Source of the DNA: Crocinitomicaceae bacterium
GTDB lineage: Bacteria > Bacteroidota > Bacteroidia > Flavobacteriales_D > CAJJDF01
Direction of reading: 5' to 3'
Assembly (NCBI GenBank): GCA_024639505.1
Contig: JAHEIE010000013.1
Location: 1 to 49,558 of the forward strand
DNA length: 49,558 nucleotides
Shown here: piece by piece, positions 36,193-45,193 of the stretch
Layout: each line of letters starts with the position of its first letter
Numbering within the stretch: the stretch's first letter is position 1
Translations under genes and position numbers: made by a program
Notes under the pieces: model-generated
Told to the model about the DNA's origin: nothing
Database searches by the model: none
Seen by the model: only the letters and a program-made list of their open reading frames with translations

Positions 36193-37213
36193 GGCCTTTT
36201 ATTTTTCCTTTTTGATATGCTTTGTCAAGTACTTCTTGCTCTTTTTTCTCCTCTTCTGATAGTTCCTTCTTGCTTAGTTCTGTCAAATTTGGTTGTCCTG
36301 CATTCATCCAGCAAGTATACCAAAAACTTCCAACCGATACTACAGAAGATCTCATTCTTCTTTCAATCATTCCATCCAGCATAATTTGGTATTCTTTGCT
36401 GTAATCGCGCGAGTAGGTTTTTATAGTTCTGTTTCCTCTATTGTCAAATGCATATTTTCTGTCCGCTGGAAATGAGTTGTTAAGGTTTTTTTCAAATCCA
36501 AGCACCGAGTCAACTGCAGAATGGCTAGACTCTACAACATCCCAGATGTAATCGAGTGGTTTTTCGATGTAGGAAGCTTGTCCAACAAAGAAATCATATT
36601 CTTTGGAAAATAACTCGGGTATTCGGGACTCCCAAAAGCCGTGTATTCCTTTTTGCCCTGTAAGTTGGCCATTGTAATTTTCTGTTGTATGCAGCGGTAC
36701 AGAAGCATCCCCAATGTAATGTCCAATCTCAGCAGATACTTTTAGAATCTTATTAAAATCCTTGTCTTTGAAGGCATAGGTCAATCTGCGTTGCATCACT
36801 TCAACATGCCAAGGAACTATTCCGTAGGCCTGGAGAGTGTCTTTGGTGAATTTTTCGGTTGCTTTGTCCCATCTTCTGGGAACATACTCAAATGGTGTAA
36901 GGCTATCGTGGTGATAATGATCAATGTCTATATAATGGCGGGGAGCTTCAGCCTCAATGGCATATCTTCGCTTGTCTGGATCCACAGCGTGCTCGGTTAT
37001 GTATTCGATGTGCTTTTTGTAAAATCCAAACATTCCTTTGGGCAATGTGAATACAGCAAGTCTATTTATTTTTTGGTGTCCATAAAAGCCCCAAACATCT
37101 TCTGCGCTCACTGTTGTTGCAGTATCTGCAATAGACTTTTTTCCAGATAGAAAAAGATAACTCAATACTATCAATAGGGAAGGGAGTGTTATTTTTAAAC
37201 AGAATTTCATCAA
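36176..37213 (-). CDS. Zinc-dependent phospholipase C / S1-P1 nuclease superfamily protein, secreted
   Basis: 345 aa with a signal peptide. WGFYGHQKINRLAV N-terminal Trp/His zinc-site motif, RHYIDIDHY, and HYIGDASVPLHTTENYNG. Confidence 0.6.
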   Translation of the reverse strand: MMKFCLKITLPSLLIVLSYLFLSGKKSIADTATTVSAEDVWGFYGHQKINRLAVFTLPKGMFGFYKKHIEYITEHAVDPDKRRYAIEAEAPRHYIDIDHYHHDSLTPFEYVPRRWDKATEKFTKDTLQAYGIVPWHVEVMQRRLTYAFKDKDFNKILKVSAEIGHYIGDASVPLHTTENYNGQLTGQKGIHGFWESRIPELFSKEYDFFVGQASYIEKPLDYIWDVVESSHSAVDSVLGFEKNLNNSFPADRKYAFDNRGNRTIKTYSRDYSKEYQIMLDGMIERRMRSSVVSVGSFWYTCWMNAGQPNLTELSKKELSEEEKKEQEVLDKAYQKGKIKGREHQH

Positions 37214-37289
37214 GTTAAAAATAAGGAAAAAATAATCGTTAGCCGGTTTTATGCTTTATTATATGGAATAGCATGAAAATAGTAGGCAA

Positions 37290-37323
37290 GAAAAAAGCCT
37301 TGCAAAATTTGCAAGGCTTTTTT
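37290..37323 (-). terminator. Rho-independent (bidirectional-looking) terminator downstream of the cold-shock gene
   Basis: AAAAAA-GCCTTGC-AAAATTT-GCAAGGC-TTTTTTT. This is a 7-bp GC-rich stem (extendable) flanked by A6 and T7. Confidence 0.75.
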
Positions 37324-37349
37324 AGTCTTAAATATGTGAATGAAGTTGA

Positions 37350-37541
37350 TTAGTCAACTTTTACATTTACTGCGTTTAATCCTTTAGGAGATTCTTCTAC
37401 ATCGTAGCTTACTTTGTCTCCTTCTCTGATTTCATCAATCAAACCGTTTGCGTGTACAAACACATCTTTGTTTCCTTCATCTGGTGTGATGAATCCAAAT
37501 CCTTTAGTTTCATTGAAAAATTTTACTGTTCCGTTACTCAT
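37350..37541 (-). CDS. Cold-shock protein (CspA family)
   Basis: GTVKFFNETKGFGFITPDEGNKDVFVH contains RNP1/RNP2. I prefer ATG 37541 (MSNGTVKFF, 63 aa). The track start 37571 lies inside or upstream of the predicted -7 box. Confidence 0.92.
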   Translation of the reverse strand: MSNGTVKFFNETKGFGFITPDEGNKDVFVHANGLIDEIREGDKVSYDVEESPKGLNAVNVKVD

Positions 37542-37568
37542 ATTGTTTTGTATATAATTTATTAAGCT

Positions 37569-37576
37569 CAAAGGTA
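37569..37576 (-). promoter_or_regulatory. Candidate -7 promoter box (TACCTTTG on the minus strand) for the cold-shock gene
   Basis: Plus-strand CAAAGGTA, 28 nt upstream of ATG 37541. Confidence 0.45.
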
Positions 37577-37677
37577 CTTAAATATTCCTTGTATTCTGTT
37601 TTTAACTCTTTTATTTTCAATAAAATAAAACTTTTGTTTTTTGATTTACTTCTTTAGTTTATGTAGTTGGCTTGTTT

Positions 37678-38577
37678 TCAGTTTCTTGGGTGGAATTTTC
37701 TTATTTCTTCATGCAGGTAGCTAGTGTCCAAGTGCATGTATATTTCTGTTGTGGTAATAGAAACGTGGCCCAGCATATCCTGAACGGCTCTTAAATCGGC
37801 TCCGGCATTTACCAAATGAGTAGCAAATGAATGTCTAAATGTATGAGGGCTTATTGTTTTTTTGATTCCTGTAACTTCTGTCAATTGCTTAATGATGGTA
37901 AATATCATCACTCGTGTTAGGGATTTTCCACTGCGATTTAGAAATACAAAATCTTCGAATCCTTTGGCTATTTTTACATGATTACGAACCTGTTTTAGGT
38001 AAATAGAAATTTGTTTTAGTGCCGAACCGCTAATTGGAACAAGTCTTTCTTTGTCTCCTTTTCCTACAACTTTTATAAATTCTTCTTCAAAGTAAATATT
38101 CGAAATTTTGAGATTAACTAACTCCGAAACACGCAATCCACAACCGTACAATGTTTCCAAAATAGCCTTGTTTCTCTCTCCATTCATCGAACTCAAATCT
38201 ATTGCATCAATCAATTGTTGAATTTCTTCAACACTCAAGGTATCAGGAAGTTTTCTTCCCAACTTCGGACTCTCCAATAGTTCTGCAGGATTAATATCTG
38301 TTAAATTTTCTATCAATAGATAATTGTAAAAAGCTTTGATTCCAGAAATTAATCGTGCCTGAGATCGGGCGCTAAGTCCTAGCTCTACCATAGTTGCCAA
38401 AAAATGCTGAAGATCATCCAGAGTGAGTTGAGAAGGAGTAAGGCTTGTTTTGTTTTCTAATTCAAGGTATTGAGTGAGTTTGTCAATATCTCTTAAATAG
38501 GCTTCTATAGAATTGTCTGACAATGATTTTTCAATCGCCAAAAATCCTTTAAAACCTCTTTTTTGAATTTCCCACAT
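37678..38577 (-). CDS. xerD: Site-specific tyrosine recombinase XerD
   Basis: 299 aa. N-terminal SAM-like domain (LAIEKSLSDNSIEAYLRDI). Catalytic region GLRVSEL, HTFRHSFATHLVNAGADLRAVQDMLGHVSITTTEIYMHL. Confidence 0.88.
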   Translation of the reverse strand: MWEIQKRGFKGFLAIEKSLSDNSIEAYLRDIDKLTQYLELENKTSLTPSQLTLDDLQHFLATMVELGLSARSQARLISGIKAFYNYLLIENLTDINPAELLESPKLGRKLPDTLSVEEIQQLIDAIDLSSMNGERNKAILETLYGCGLRVSELVNLKISNIYFEEEFIKVVGKGDKERLVPISGSALKQISIYLKQVRNHVKIAKGFEDFVFLNRSGKSLTRVMIFTIIKQLTEVTGIKKTISPHTFRHSFATHLVNAGADLRAVQDMLGHVSITTTEIYMHLDTSYLHEEIRKFHPRN

Positions 38578-38661
38578 GGTGTAAAAGTAATGAGTAATTA
38601 GCCCTTGTAATTAGTTTTTTGAAAGTACGAATTATATTTTAACTATGATTTTATTAGATAG

Positions 38662-38898
38662 TCATTCATATCCATTCATTAAATTAACACCAATCCAAAT
38701 AAGAAGAAAGAATAAAAATAGTATTCCGATTGGCATAAATGACCACTTTTGCTTTGTTTCTTTTGGTAATTTAGTTGAATTAATTAAAAAGATATTGACC
38801 AAATAAATAGGAATGCCAAATAACCAGAAATAGGGGCTAAGTAATAAAATAGTGGTTATTACAATTAAAGTTTTGACGAAAATTTCATACACTTTCAT
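38662..38898 (-). CDS. Hypothetical small membrane protein (3 predicted TM)
   Basis: 78 aa, strongly hydrophobic segments. No family recognised. Confidence 0.4.
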   Translation of the reverse strand: MKVYEIFVKTLIVITTILLLSPYFWLFGIPIYLVNIFLINSTKLPKETKQKWSFMPIGILFLFFLLIWIGVNLMNGYE

Positions 38899-39027
38899 AT
38901 TTTTAGGTTAGTAGAGTGCCTTTTTAGATTCCCTCCTACGAGGGAATAACAAATGAAAAGATGGTTAGAGGAGAAAAGGGGAGGATGGAAAGTAATTATC
39001 AAATTGTTCCATCAATTAATTTTCACA

Positions 39028-39873
39028 TTAAGCTCTTCCTTCTTTTGTCAAATAGATTCCATCTTTTTTTAGCCAAACAAGCTTTTGTTTGTACAATCCA
39101 CCGATGGCTTTTTTGAATGCTTTTTTACTCATTCTTAGTTCTTCGTAAATTTCTTCTGGCTTGCTTTTGTCTGTCAATCCAATGTATCCAGCATCTCCTT
39201 TCAATATATTCAGAATCTTCTCTTGGTTTTCGTCTTGTGCAACGTAACCCACTTTTTGCAATGAAACATCTATTTTGTTGTCTTCTCTCACAGTTTTGAT
39301 GTATCCAGTGGTGTGTTCTCCAATATTCAAATTCCTGAAAACTTCATTTTCATAAATCAGTCCTTTGTATAATTTATTCACAATACAATTAAAACCTAAA
39401 GGAGTTCTTTCGTAAACAATCACTTCCACTTCTTGTCCTTCGGTGAGATTGATGTCTTCAAACTCTAAAAAAGAGTCAATTTTGCTGGAAGCAACCAATC
39501 GTTCACTTTCATAATCCAAATACATGGTAACTACATAGTGTTTGTCTTCACGCATTTTTATTTTTTGCTCTTTGAAAGGAACAAACAAATCTTTTGGTAA
39601 TCCCCAATCCAAGAAGGCACCCACATTATTTACTTCGTTTACCCTTAACAATGCAAAATCATCTAGTTTTATTTTAGGAGTAACAGTAGTAGCGGTCAAT
39701 CTATCTTCCGAATCGGTAAATACAAACACGGTAACTTCGTCACCAATTGCCCATCCTTCCTTGATGTAAGCATTTGGCAACAACACCTCATTTTCTTCTT
39801 TGTCAATCAAATAAAAACCGTTGTCGGTTTCTCTCAGTATCGTGAGCGTATTTTGTTCTCCAATATTTATCAT
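39028..39873 (-). CDS. cvfB: CvfB/YitL-family S1-domain RNA-binding protein
   Basis: 281 aa. MINIGEQNTLTILRETDNGFYLID...VLLPNAYI N-terminus. Repeated S1-like modules and a C-terminal winged-helix-like KKAIGGLYKQKLV. Confidence 0.72.
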   Translation of the reverse strand: MINIGEQNTLTILRETDNGFYLIDKEENEVLLPNAYIKEGWAIGDEVTVFVFTDSEDRLTATTVTPKIKLDDFALLRVNEVNNVGAFLDWGLPKDLFVPFKEQKIKMREDKHYVVTMYLDYESERLVASSKIDSFLEFEDINLTEGQEVEVIVYERTPLGFNCIVNKLYKGLIYENEVFRNLNIGEHTTGYIKTVREDNKIDVSLQKVGYVAQDENQEKILNILKGDAGYIGLTDKSKPEEIYEELRMSKKAFKKAIGGLYKQKLVWLKKDGIYLTKEGRA

Positions 39874-40694
39874 TATTCTTCAATTTTTTTTGCCTCGTTC
39901 ATAATTTTTTTCTGATACCTTCCTTGCACCACATCTACCAATACGAGGATAGCAATTACGAAATAGAAAGTAGTTTGACTCATGGCATGAATTTGGTTTC
40001 CAAAAAAGCTCAAATGAGCCAAATGTCCTCCCTCGGTAATCAACATAATTCCAACTATAAAGAGTATGAATAATCCTAGCACTTCGTACATTCTATTTCT
40101 ATTCAAAAACTCCGAGACTTTATCTGCCAATAGCAGCATAAGTAATCCACTTCCAACTATAGCGATAGCCATAATAATAAATGATATAGTTGTATTTTCG
40201 ATATGCGAAGTTAGACCAATTGCGGCTAAAATCGAATCAAAAGAGAAGACTAAGTTCATTATTACAATCGAAATAATAACTGAGCGAGCAGTTCTTTTCT
40301 TTTTTTCTTTCTTTACTTCTGAGTTTTCGTGGGTTACACCAGAAAGCATGTGCCATATTTCTTTTACAGCAGTGTATAAAATAAATCCACCACCAAACAA
40401 CACAATAATGCTATGCCCCGTAAAATGGTAATCTACTATTCCTTCCACATTTCCTGTCAAAAAGGAAATAGGGGATTGAAAATATCCAATGAGTTGTACC
40501 AAAATGAAGAGCAAAACAATTCTTAAAACTATTGCAATTAAAATTCCAATCTTTCTAACTCGTTTTTGATCTTTGTCCTCCGCTTTTTTTGATTCCAAAG
40601 AAATATAAAGCAAATTATCGAAGCCCAAAACGGCTTGCAATAAAATAAGCATGAATAAAGTAAATAGGTTTCCGAGTGTAAATAATTCTGTCAT
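39873..40694 (-). CDS. terC: TerC-family integral membrane protein
   Basis: 273 aa. LGFDNLLYISLESKK and FSFDSILAAIG are TerC-type motifs. About 7 TM. Confidence 0.82.
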   Translation of the reverse strand: MTELFTLGNLFTLFMLILLQAVLGFDNLLYISLESKKAEDKDQKRVRKIGILIAIVLRIVLLFILVQLIGYFQSPISFLTGNVEGIVDYHFTGHSIIVLFGGGFILYTAVKEIWHMLSGVTHENSEVKKEKKKRTARSVIISIVIMNLVFSFDSILAAIGLTSHIENTTISFIIMAIAIVGSGLLMLLLADKVSEFLNRNRMYEVLGLFILFIVGIMLITEGGHLAHLSFFGNQIHAMSQTTFYFVIAILVLVDVVQGRYQKKIMNEAKKIEE

Positions 40695-40715
40695 AGTTTT
40701 TGATTTCAGTTGCTA

Positions 40716-40723
40716 CAAAGGTA
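40716..40723 (-). promoter_or_regulatory. Candidate -7 promoter box (TACCTTTG on the minus strand) for the TerC gene
   Basis: Plus-strand CAAAGGTA, 21 nt upstream of ATG 40694. Confidence 0.45.
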
Positions 40724-40810
40724 AGGCTTATATCAGAATTACAAATTTCTTGAGATTTCATTTGTTTTTAAGTATTCGATGAAATTCCTGAAAAAAATCA
40801 TGAGAAGACT

Positions 40811-41764
40811 TTAAATAGTGTATCCTTCAAGTTTATTTCCTTTTAAAAAGTCTGTTACTTTCATTCTTCTTTTTCCTGCTGGCTGAAACTCAATGAGAGA
40901 TAGCTTTCCATGAGGAGTAGTAATGTGAATGTATGATTTGTCGTCCGAAATTATTGCATTTTCGTATGAGTTTGTGTCAATTATTTCTACTAGATAGATT
41001 TTTGCACTCAATATTTCTTCGCCTTTTTTAAACTCGGTCCAAGCGCACGGGTAGGGCGACAATCCTCTTACAAAATCATGAATTTCTTTCATCGGTTTTG
41101 ACCAATTCACTTTGCAATCTTGCTTAAAAATTTTGTGGGCAGGCTTCAATTCCTTTACCTCACTAAACATCAACTCTTGAGCCGTTTCAGAATAGTCATT
41201 CTTCTCGATTGCTTGTACTGTTTTTACAACTAATTTACCTCCAACTTCCATAAGTTTGTCGTGTAAATCTCCAGCTGTGTCATTCTCTTCAATCGCCACT
41301 CTTTCTTGAAACAAAACTTTACCTGTGTCGATTTCTTTTTCGATATAAAAAGTAGTAACACCACTTTCTTTTTCTCCATTCATAATCGCCCAATTAATAG
41401 GAGCTGCTCCACGATATTGAGGCAATAAAGACCCATGAAGATTAAAAGTTCCGAACTCTGGCATGTTCCAAACTACCTCAGGCAACATCCTAAAAGCAAC
41501 AACTACTTGCAAGTTGGCATTTAGCGATTTTAATTCTTCAAGAAATTCTGGGTTTTTTAATTTTTCTGGCTGCAATACTTTTATGTTTTGCGACACAGCA
41601 TATTTTTTAACAGCAGATTCTTGAATTTTTTGACCCCGTCCTGCTGGCCTATCTGGTGCCGTAATCACCCCTACAATTTCACTACCATTTTCTACCAATG
41701 ATTTGAGGGATTCTACCGCAAAATCTGGTGTTCCCATAAATATAATTCTTAATTTTCTTGTCAT
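40811..41764 (-). CDS. fmt: Methionyl-tRNA formyltransferase
   Basis: About 317 aa from ATG 41764 (MTRKLRIIFMGTPDFAV). NLHGSLLPQYRGAAPINWAI is the formyltransferase signature. The track start 41839 adds an implausible 25 aa. Confidence 0.93.
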   Translation of the reverse strand: MTRKLRIIFMGTPDFAVESLKSLVENGSEIVGVITAPDRPAGRGQKIQESAVKKYAVSQNIKVLQPEKLKNPEFLEELKSLNANLQVVVAFRMLPEVVWNMPEFGTFNLHGSLLPQYRGAAPINWAIMNGEKESGVTTFYIEKEIDTGKVLFQERVAIEENDTAGDLHDKLMEVGGKLVVKTVQAIEKNDYSETAQELMFSEVKELKPAHKIFKQDCKVNWSKPMKEIHDFVRGLSPYPCAWTEFKKGEEILSAKIYLVEIIDTNSYENAIISDDKSYIHITTPHGKLSLIEFQPAGKRRMKVTDFLKGNKLEGYTI

Positions 41765-41836
41765 GGTATGTAGTGTGAATTGATTTTTTGTGTTTTCTAA
41801 CAACGTATAAAATACTATCTTCGTTCGGTCGTTACA

Positions 41837-41844
41837 CAAAAGTA
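41837..41844 (-). promoter_or_regulatory. Candidate -7 promoter box (TACTTTTG on the minus strand) for fmt
   Basis: Plus-strand CAAAAGTA, about 73 nt upstream of ATG 41764. This is farther than the other boxes. Confidence 0.3.
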
Positions 41845-41858
41845 ATTCTTTGAATCGA

Positions 41859-43034
41859 ATGCAAAAACCAAATGTATTATTTATTTCGAGTTGGTATCCA
41901 AGCCGGGAGCACCAAACCTTAGGGAACTTTGTTCAGCGACATGCTGAATCTATCAATCCTTTTGTTAATTTATGGGTGTTGTATGCCACATCTAGCGAAA
42001 GCTTAGAAGAAGAGTTTGAGTTGAATTATTCGGAAATAAATGGAGTAAAAACTCTTTGTGTGTATTACCAAAAAGTTGATTCATCTATTCCATTGCTTAG
42101 TTCTGCCAAAAAGCTATCTCGATATAGGAAAGCTCATGATTTAGGTTTGTCTTTTTTGAAAGAAAATCACAATGTTTCTAAATTTGATGTGGTTCATTGT
42201 AATGTCACTTTTCCTGCAGGAATAATCGCTATGGATTTGAAGAAAAAACTCCGAATTCCTTATGTGTTAACTGAGCATTGGACAATGTTTTTGCCTTACA
42301 AGAATGATTTCAAGAAATTGAATGTATTGGTAAAAAGAAAAATGAAAGAGATTGCAGCTAATGCGGCAAAAGTTCTACCAGTTTCTAATCATTTGGCAGT
42401 GTCGATGCAGGAAAAAGGATTGAAAGGAAACTATTCGGTAATTCCAAATGTGGCAGACACCAATTTGTTTTCACTGAAACAGAAAACCAATGGAGAAATT
42501 AAGAAAATTTTGCATGTTTCTACGTTTGTTGATGATCATAAAAATATTTCAGGCATTTTCAGAGTCTTGAAAAAAATAGCAGAAAAGCGACAAGATTTTC
42601 AATTGGTAATTGTGACAGATGGAGACATTGAAAAAGCAAAATTTCTACAAAAATCAATTGGTTTGCAAGACAAATACGTGACTTATCATGGAACCAAAAC
42701 TCCTACTGAAATAGCCGAGTTTTATAGGTCTTCTGATTTTTTTGTGTTGTTCAGCAATTACGAAAATCTTCCTGTGGTTATGGTTGAGAGTTTCTGTTGT
42801 GGACTACCTTTTGTTTCTTCCAGCGTTGGCGGAATTGGTGAATATGTGAATGAAACAAACGGAAGACTTGTTTCTCCAGGAGATGAAGAAGCATTGAAAT
42901 TTGAAATTGAATTCATGTTGGATTCAGTTCAAAATTTTGATTCAAAAGAAATAAGAAATTCAGCTGTGAGTCAATTTGATAATAAGGTAGTAGGAGAGAG
43001 TTACCTCCGAGTTTACAAAGATATTCTGGGTTGA
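41859..43034 (+). CDS. GT4-family (GT-B fold) glycosyltransferase
   Basis: About 391 aa from ATG 41859 (MQKPNVLFISSWYP). C-terminal SNYENLPVVMVESFCCGLPFVSSSVGGIGEYV is an EX7E-type GT4 motif region. Confidence 0.8.
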   Translation: MQKPNVLFISSWYPSREHQTLGNFVQRHAESINPFVNLWVLYATSSESLEEEFELNYSEINGVKTLCVYYQKVDSSIPLLSSAKKLSRYRKAHDLGLSFLKENHNVSKFDVVHCNVTFPAGIIAMDLKKKLRIPYVLTEHWTMFLPYKNDFKKLNVLVKRKMKEIAANAAKVLPVSNHLAVSMQEKGLKGNYSVIPNVADTNLFSLKQKTNGEIKKILHVSTFVDDHKNISGIFRVLKKIAEKRQDFQLVIVTDGDIEKAKFLQKSIGLQDKYVTYHGTKTPTEIAEFYRSSDFFVLFSNYENLPVVMVESFCCGLPFVSSSVGGIGEYVNETNGRLVSPGDEEALKFEIEFMLDSVQNFDSKEIRNSAVSQFDNKVVGESYLRVYKDILG

Positions 43035-44266
43035 TAAGAACTATCTCAAATACCACATTTACGCTTGCCGTAATTAGCATTCTCAATTTTTTGCTTGTGG
43101 CTTTGGTTGCCAATTATTTAGGCGAATCGGGTGTTGCCACAATGGGATTAATAATTCTTGGTGTGAGTTTTATCATGATGATAAATAACTTGGTGGGAGG
43201 AAGCGCTTTGGTATACTTAACTCCACGAAAACCATTGTTTTCCGTTTTAATTGTTTCGTATGGCTGGTCGCTAGTTTCGGCTTTTTTAATGGGATTGCTT
43301 TTGTGGTTTTTCGAACTTGTTCCTGCCAAATTTCTTTATTGGACTGTTTTAATTGGTCTTTTGGAATGTGTTTTTTCTATACACAATCAGGTTTTTATTG
43401 GGAAAGAAGAGATGAAAACGCATAATTTTTTAAAACTTATCCAAAAATCCAGTCAGGTTGTGTTGTTTGTGGCAATTGGCATTACTCTTCATAATTTTGT
43501 TCTTGCTTTGGTGTTGTCCTATGTCGCAACTTTAATTTTCTCCTTTTTAAGAGTATTCAAACAATTGAAATCATTCGAAATGAAAGATTTGAAAAATGTT
43601 TTTATCTCGGCATTTCAGTATGGTTTGCAAATACAATTGTCTAATATTGTTCAGCTCATGAATTATAGACTGCTGTATTTTTATATCGAAAAATCGATGG
43701 TTGGTGCTTTAGGAATTTTTATTATTGCTGTACAATTGTCTGAAAGCTTGTGGATTCCCTCAAAAGCTTTAGCAATCATTCAATATGGAAAAATTTCTAA
43801 CGAGGAAGATAACAGAAAAAAAGCAGATCTTTCTGTCAGTTTTCTTCACTTATCTTTTTTAGTTACAGCCATTGCAATTGTTGCGCTATGGTTTGTTCCT
43901 AATTCTTGGATATTAGAAATTTTCGGAAAAGATATCAGTGGTACAAAACCTATTATTTATGCACTTTCTTTGGGAGTTATGGCTGTGGCCTTATCTCAAT
44001 CATTCTCTCATTATTTATCTGGCACAGGAAAATATTCGCACTTAATTACTGGAGCTATTCTCGGATTACTTCCGATTGTTTTGTTAGGAAATTACTGTGT
44101 AGAGCATTATGGATTGACAGGAGCTGCAATCTTAACATCAGTAAGTTACGTGTTTTCTAGCGCATATTTGGGAGTTGTTTTCTACAAGAAGTCAGGACTC
44201 AAATTAAAAGAAATTTTGCTTTCCAAAACAAACTTATTTCAGTCGATAGCTTTGTTAAGAAAATAA
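43031..44266 (+). CDS. Wzx-like (MOP superfamily) polysaccharide flippase
   Basis: 411 aa with about 12 TM. The TTG start overlaps the upstream TGA (TTGA). Typical oligosaccharide-flippase hydrophobic profile. Family call from topology and context. Confidence 0.62.
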   Translation: MIRTISNTTFTLAVISILNFLLVALVANYLGESGVATMGLIILGVSFIMMINNLVGGSALVYLTPRKPLFSVLIVSYGWSLVSAFLMGLLLWFFELVPAKFLYWTVLIGLLECVFSIHNQVFIGKEEMKTHNFLKLIQKSSQVVLFVAIGITLHNFVLALVLSYVATLIFSFLRVFKQLKSFEMKDLKNVFISAFQYGLQIQLSNIVQLMNYRLLYFYIEKSMVGALGIFIIAVQLSESLWIPSKALAIIQYGKISNEEDNRKKADLSVSFLHLSFLVTAIAIVALWFVPNSWILEIFGKDISGTKPIIYALSLGVMAVALSQSFSHYLSGTGKYSHLITGAILGLLPIVLLGNYCVEHYGLTGAAILTSVSYVFSSAYLGVVFYKKSGLKLKEILLSKTNLFQSIALLRK

Positions 44267-44376
44267 GAATTCCGCCTTATTTTTTGACAAAACTTGTTTT
44301 ATTAACTGATATTCATCACATTTCCACTTACAAAACGAGTTTACTTTTATAAAAAATTTTAGATTTCATTTTTTAT

Positions 44377-45192
44377 ATGCAAAAACTTCTTGTCCCCACC
44401 GATTTTTCTGAATGCGCTGAAAATGCGATAGATTATGCATTGTTTCTGGCAAAAAAAATGAATGCCGAAATAACCTTGCTTAGCGCTTACCACATTCCGT
44501 CTTCTGGATCTGCCACAATAGTTGTGAACATCCAAGAGGATATGAGAAAAGAAACCGAGGAGGAGTTAGCCACATTAATACAGAAAAAGAAGAAAGACTA
44601 TCCAAAAATTAAAATCAGTGGCGAAACTGATTTTAATGTGCCTGTTAATTCAATATTGCGGCATACTGAAAACAATGAGTACGACATGGTAGTGATTGGA
44701 ACAACTGGAGCTACTGGAATAAAGGATGTGTTTTTAGGTAGCACAACTTCCAATATTGTAGATAAAGTAAAAATACCGATTCTTGCAGTCCCTCAATATT
44801 CAGACTATGAATCTATTAATTCAATTTTGATGGCTTGTAGCCTGGAAAGCATCAAATCTGTAGATTCCATGAATTTCCTCAAGTTATTTGCAACATCACT
44901 TAATTTGGAAGTCAAGTTTTTCAATGTTTTCAAAGAAGATGACGAAGATATGGAGGACAGAATAGCAAAGAAAAAAGAAAGCTTGAAAATTATTTTTGAT
45001 TCTTTCAAATACGAAATTGAATTAATCAAATCAAACGACATAGAAGAGGCGGTGCTCCAAGCTGCTGGTAAAAACCAATTGTTGTCTGTGGTTACCAGGG
45101 AAAGAAAGTTTTTTGACAGAATGTTTCATCCAAGTATGAGTAAAAAATTAGCGAAACATTCAAAAAGTCCTATTCTTATTTTACACGAATAA
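44377..45192 (+). CDS. Tandem-domain universal stress protein (UspA family)
   Basis: 271 aa. MQKLLVPTDFSECAENAIDYA, VVIGTTGATGIKDVFLGSTTSNIV (ATP-binding G-2x-G-9x-GS), and a second degenerate Usp half. Confidence 0.85.
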   Translation: MQKLLVPTDFSECAENAIDYALFLAKKMNAEITLLSAYHIPSSGSATIVVNIQEDMRKETEEELATLIQKKKKDYPKIKISGETDFNVPVNSILRHTENNEYDMVVIGTTGATGIKDVFLGSTTSNIVDKVKIPILAVPQYSDYESINSILMACSLESIKSVDSMNFLKLFATSLNLEVKFFNVFKEDDEDMEDRIAKKKESLKIIFDSFKYEIELIKSNDIEEAVLQAAGKNQLLSVVTRERKFFDRMFHPSMSKKLAKHSKSPILILHE

Positions 45193-45193
45193 T

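Noticed and set aside
37678-38577. Tyrosine recombinase as a marker of an integrated mobile element
   Set aside because: Its size, its N-terminal SAM-like domain and its catalytic region fit chromosomal XerD. There is no adjacent tRNA, flanking direct repeat, excisionase, phage or conjugation gene, and the neighbours are housekeeping genes.
38929-38946. GC-rich hairpin TTCCCTC-CTAC-GAGGGAA between cvfB and the small membrane-protein gene, as a possible terminator
   Set aside because: No U-tract follows it in either orientation (minus-strand transcription would read TCTAAAAAGG after the stem). At best it is a pause or processing element, and I cannot support a call.
38953-39072. 39-aa plus-strand ORF (MKRWLEEKRGGWKV...) in the cvfB downstream region
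   Set aside because: Most of it is antisense to the 3' end of cvfB. It has no promoter box or recognisable motif and is likely spurious.
40695-40810. Possible yybP-ykoY (Mn2+) riboswitch upstream of the TerC-family gene
   Set aside because: A TAnnTTTG box lies only ~21 nt from the ATG, leaving no room for a ~100-nt aptamer. I could not find the conserved GGGGAGUAG-type segments in the 116-nt spacer.
44261-44285. Weak hairpin AAATAAG-AATTCCGC-CTTATTT plus a T-run after the flippase gene
   Set aside because: The stem is short and almost entirely A/T. It may act as a weak terminator but is too marginal to list as a feature.
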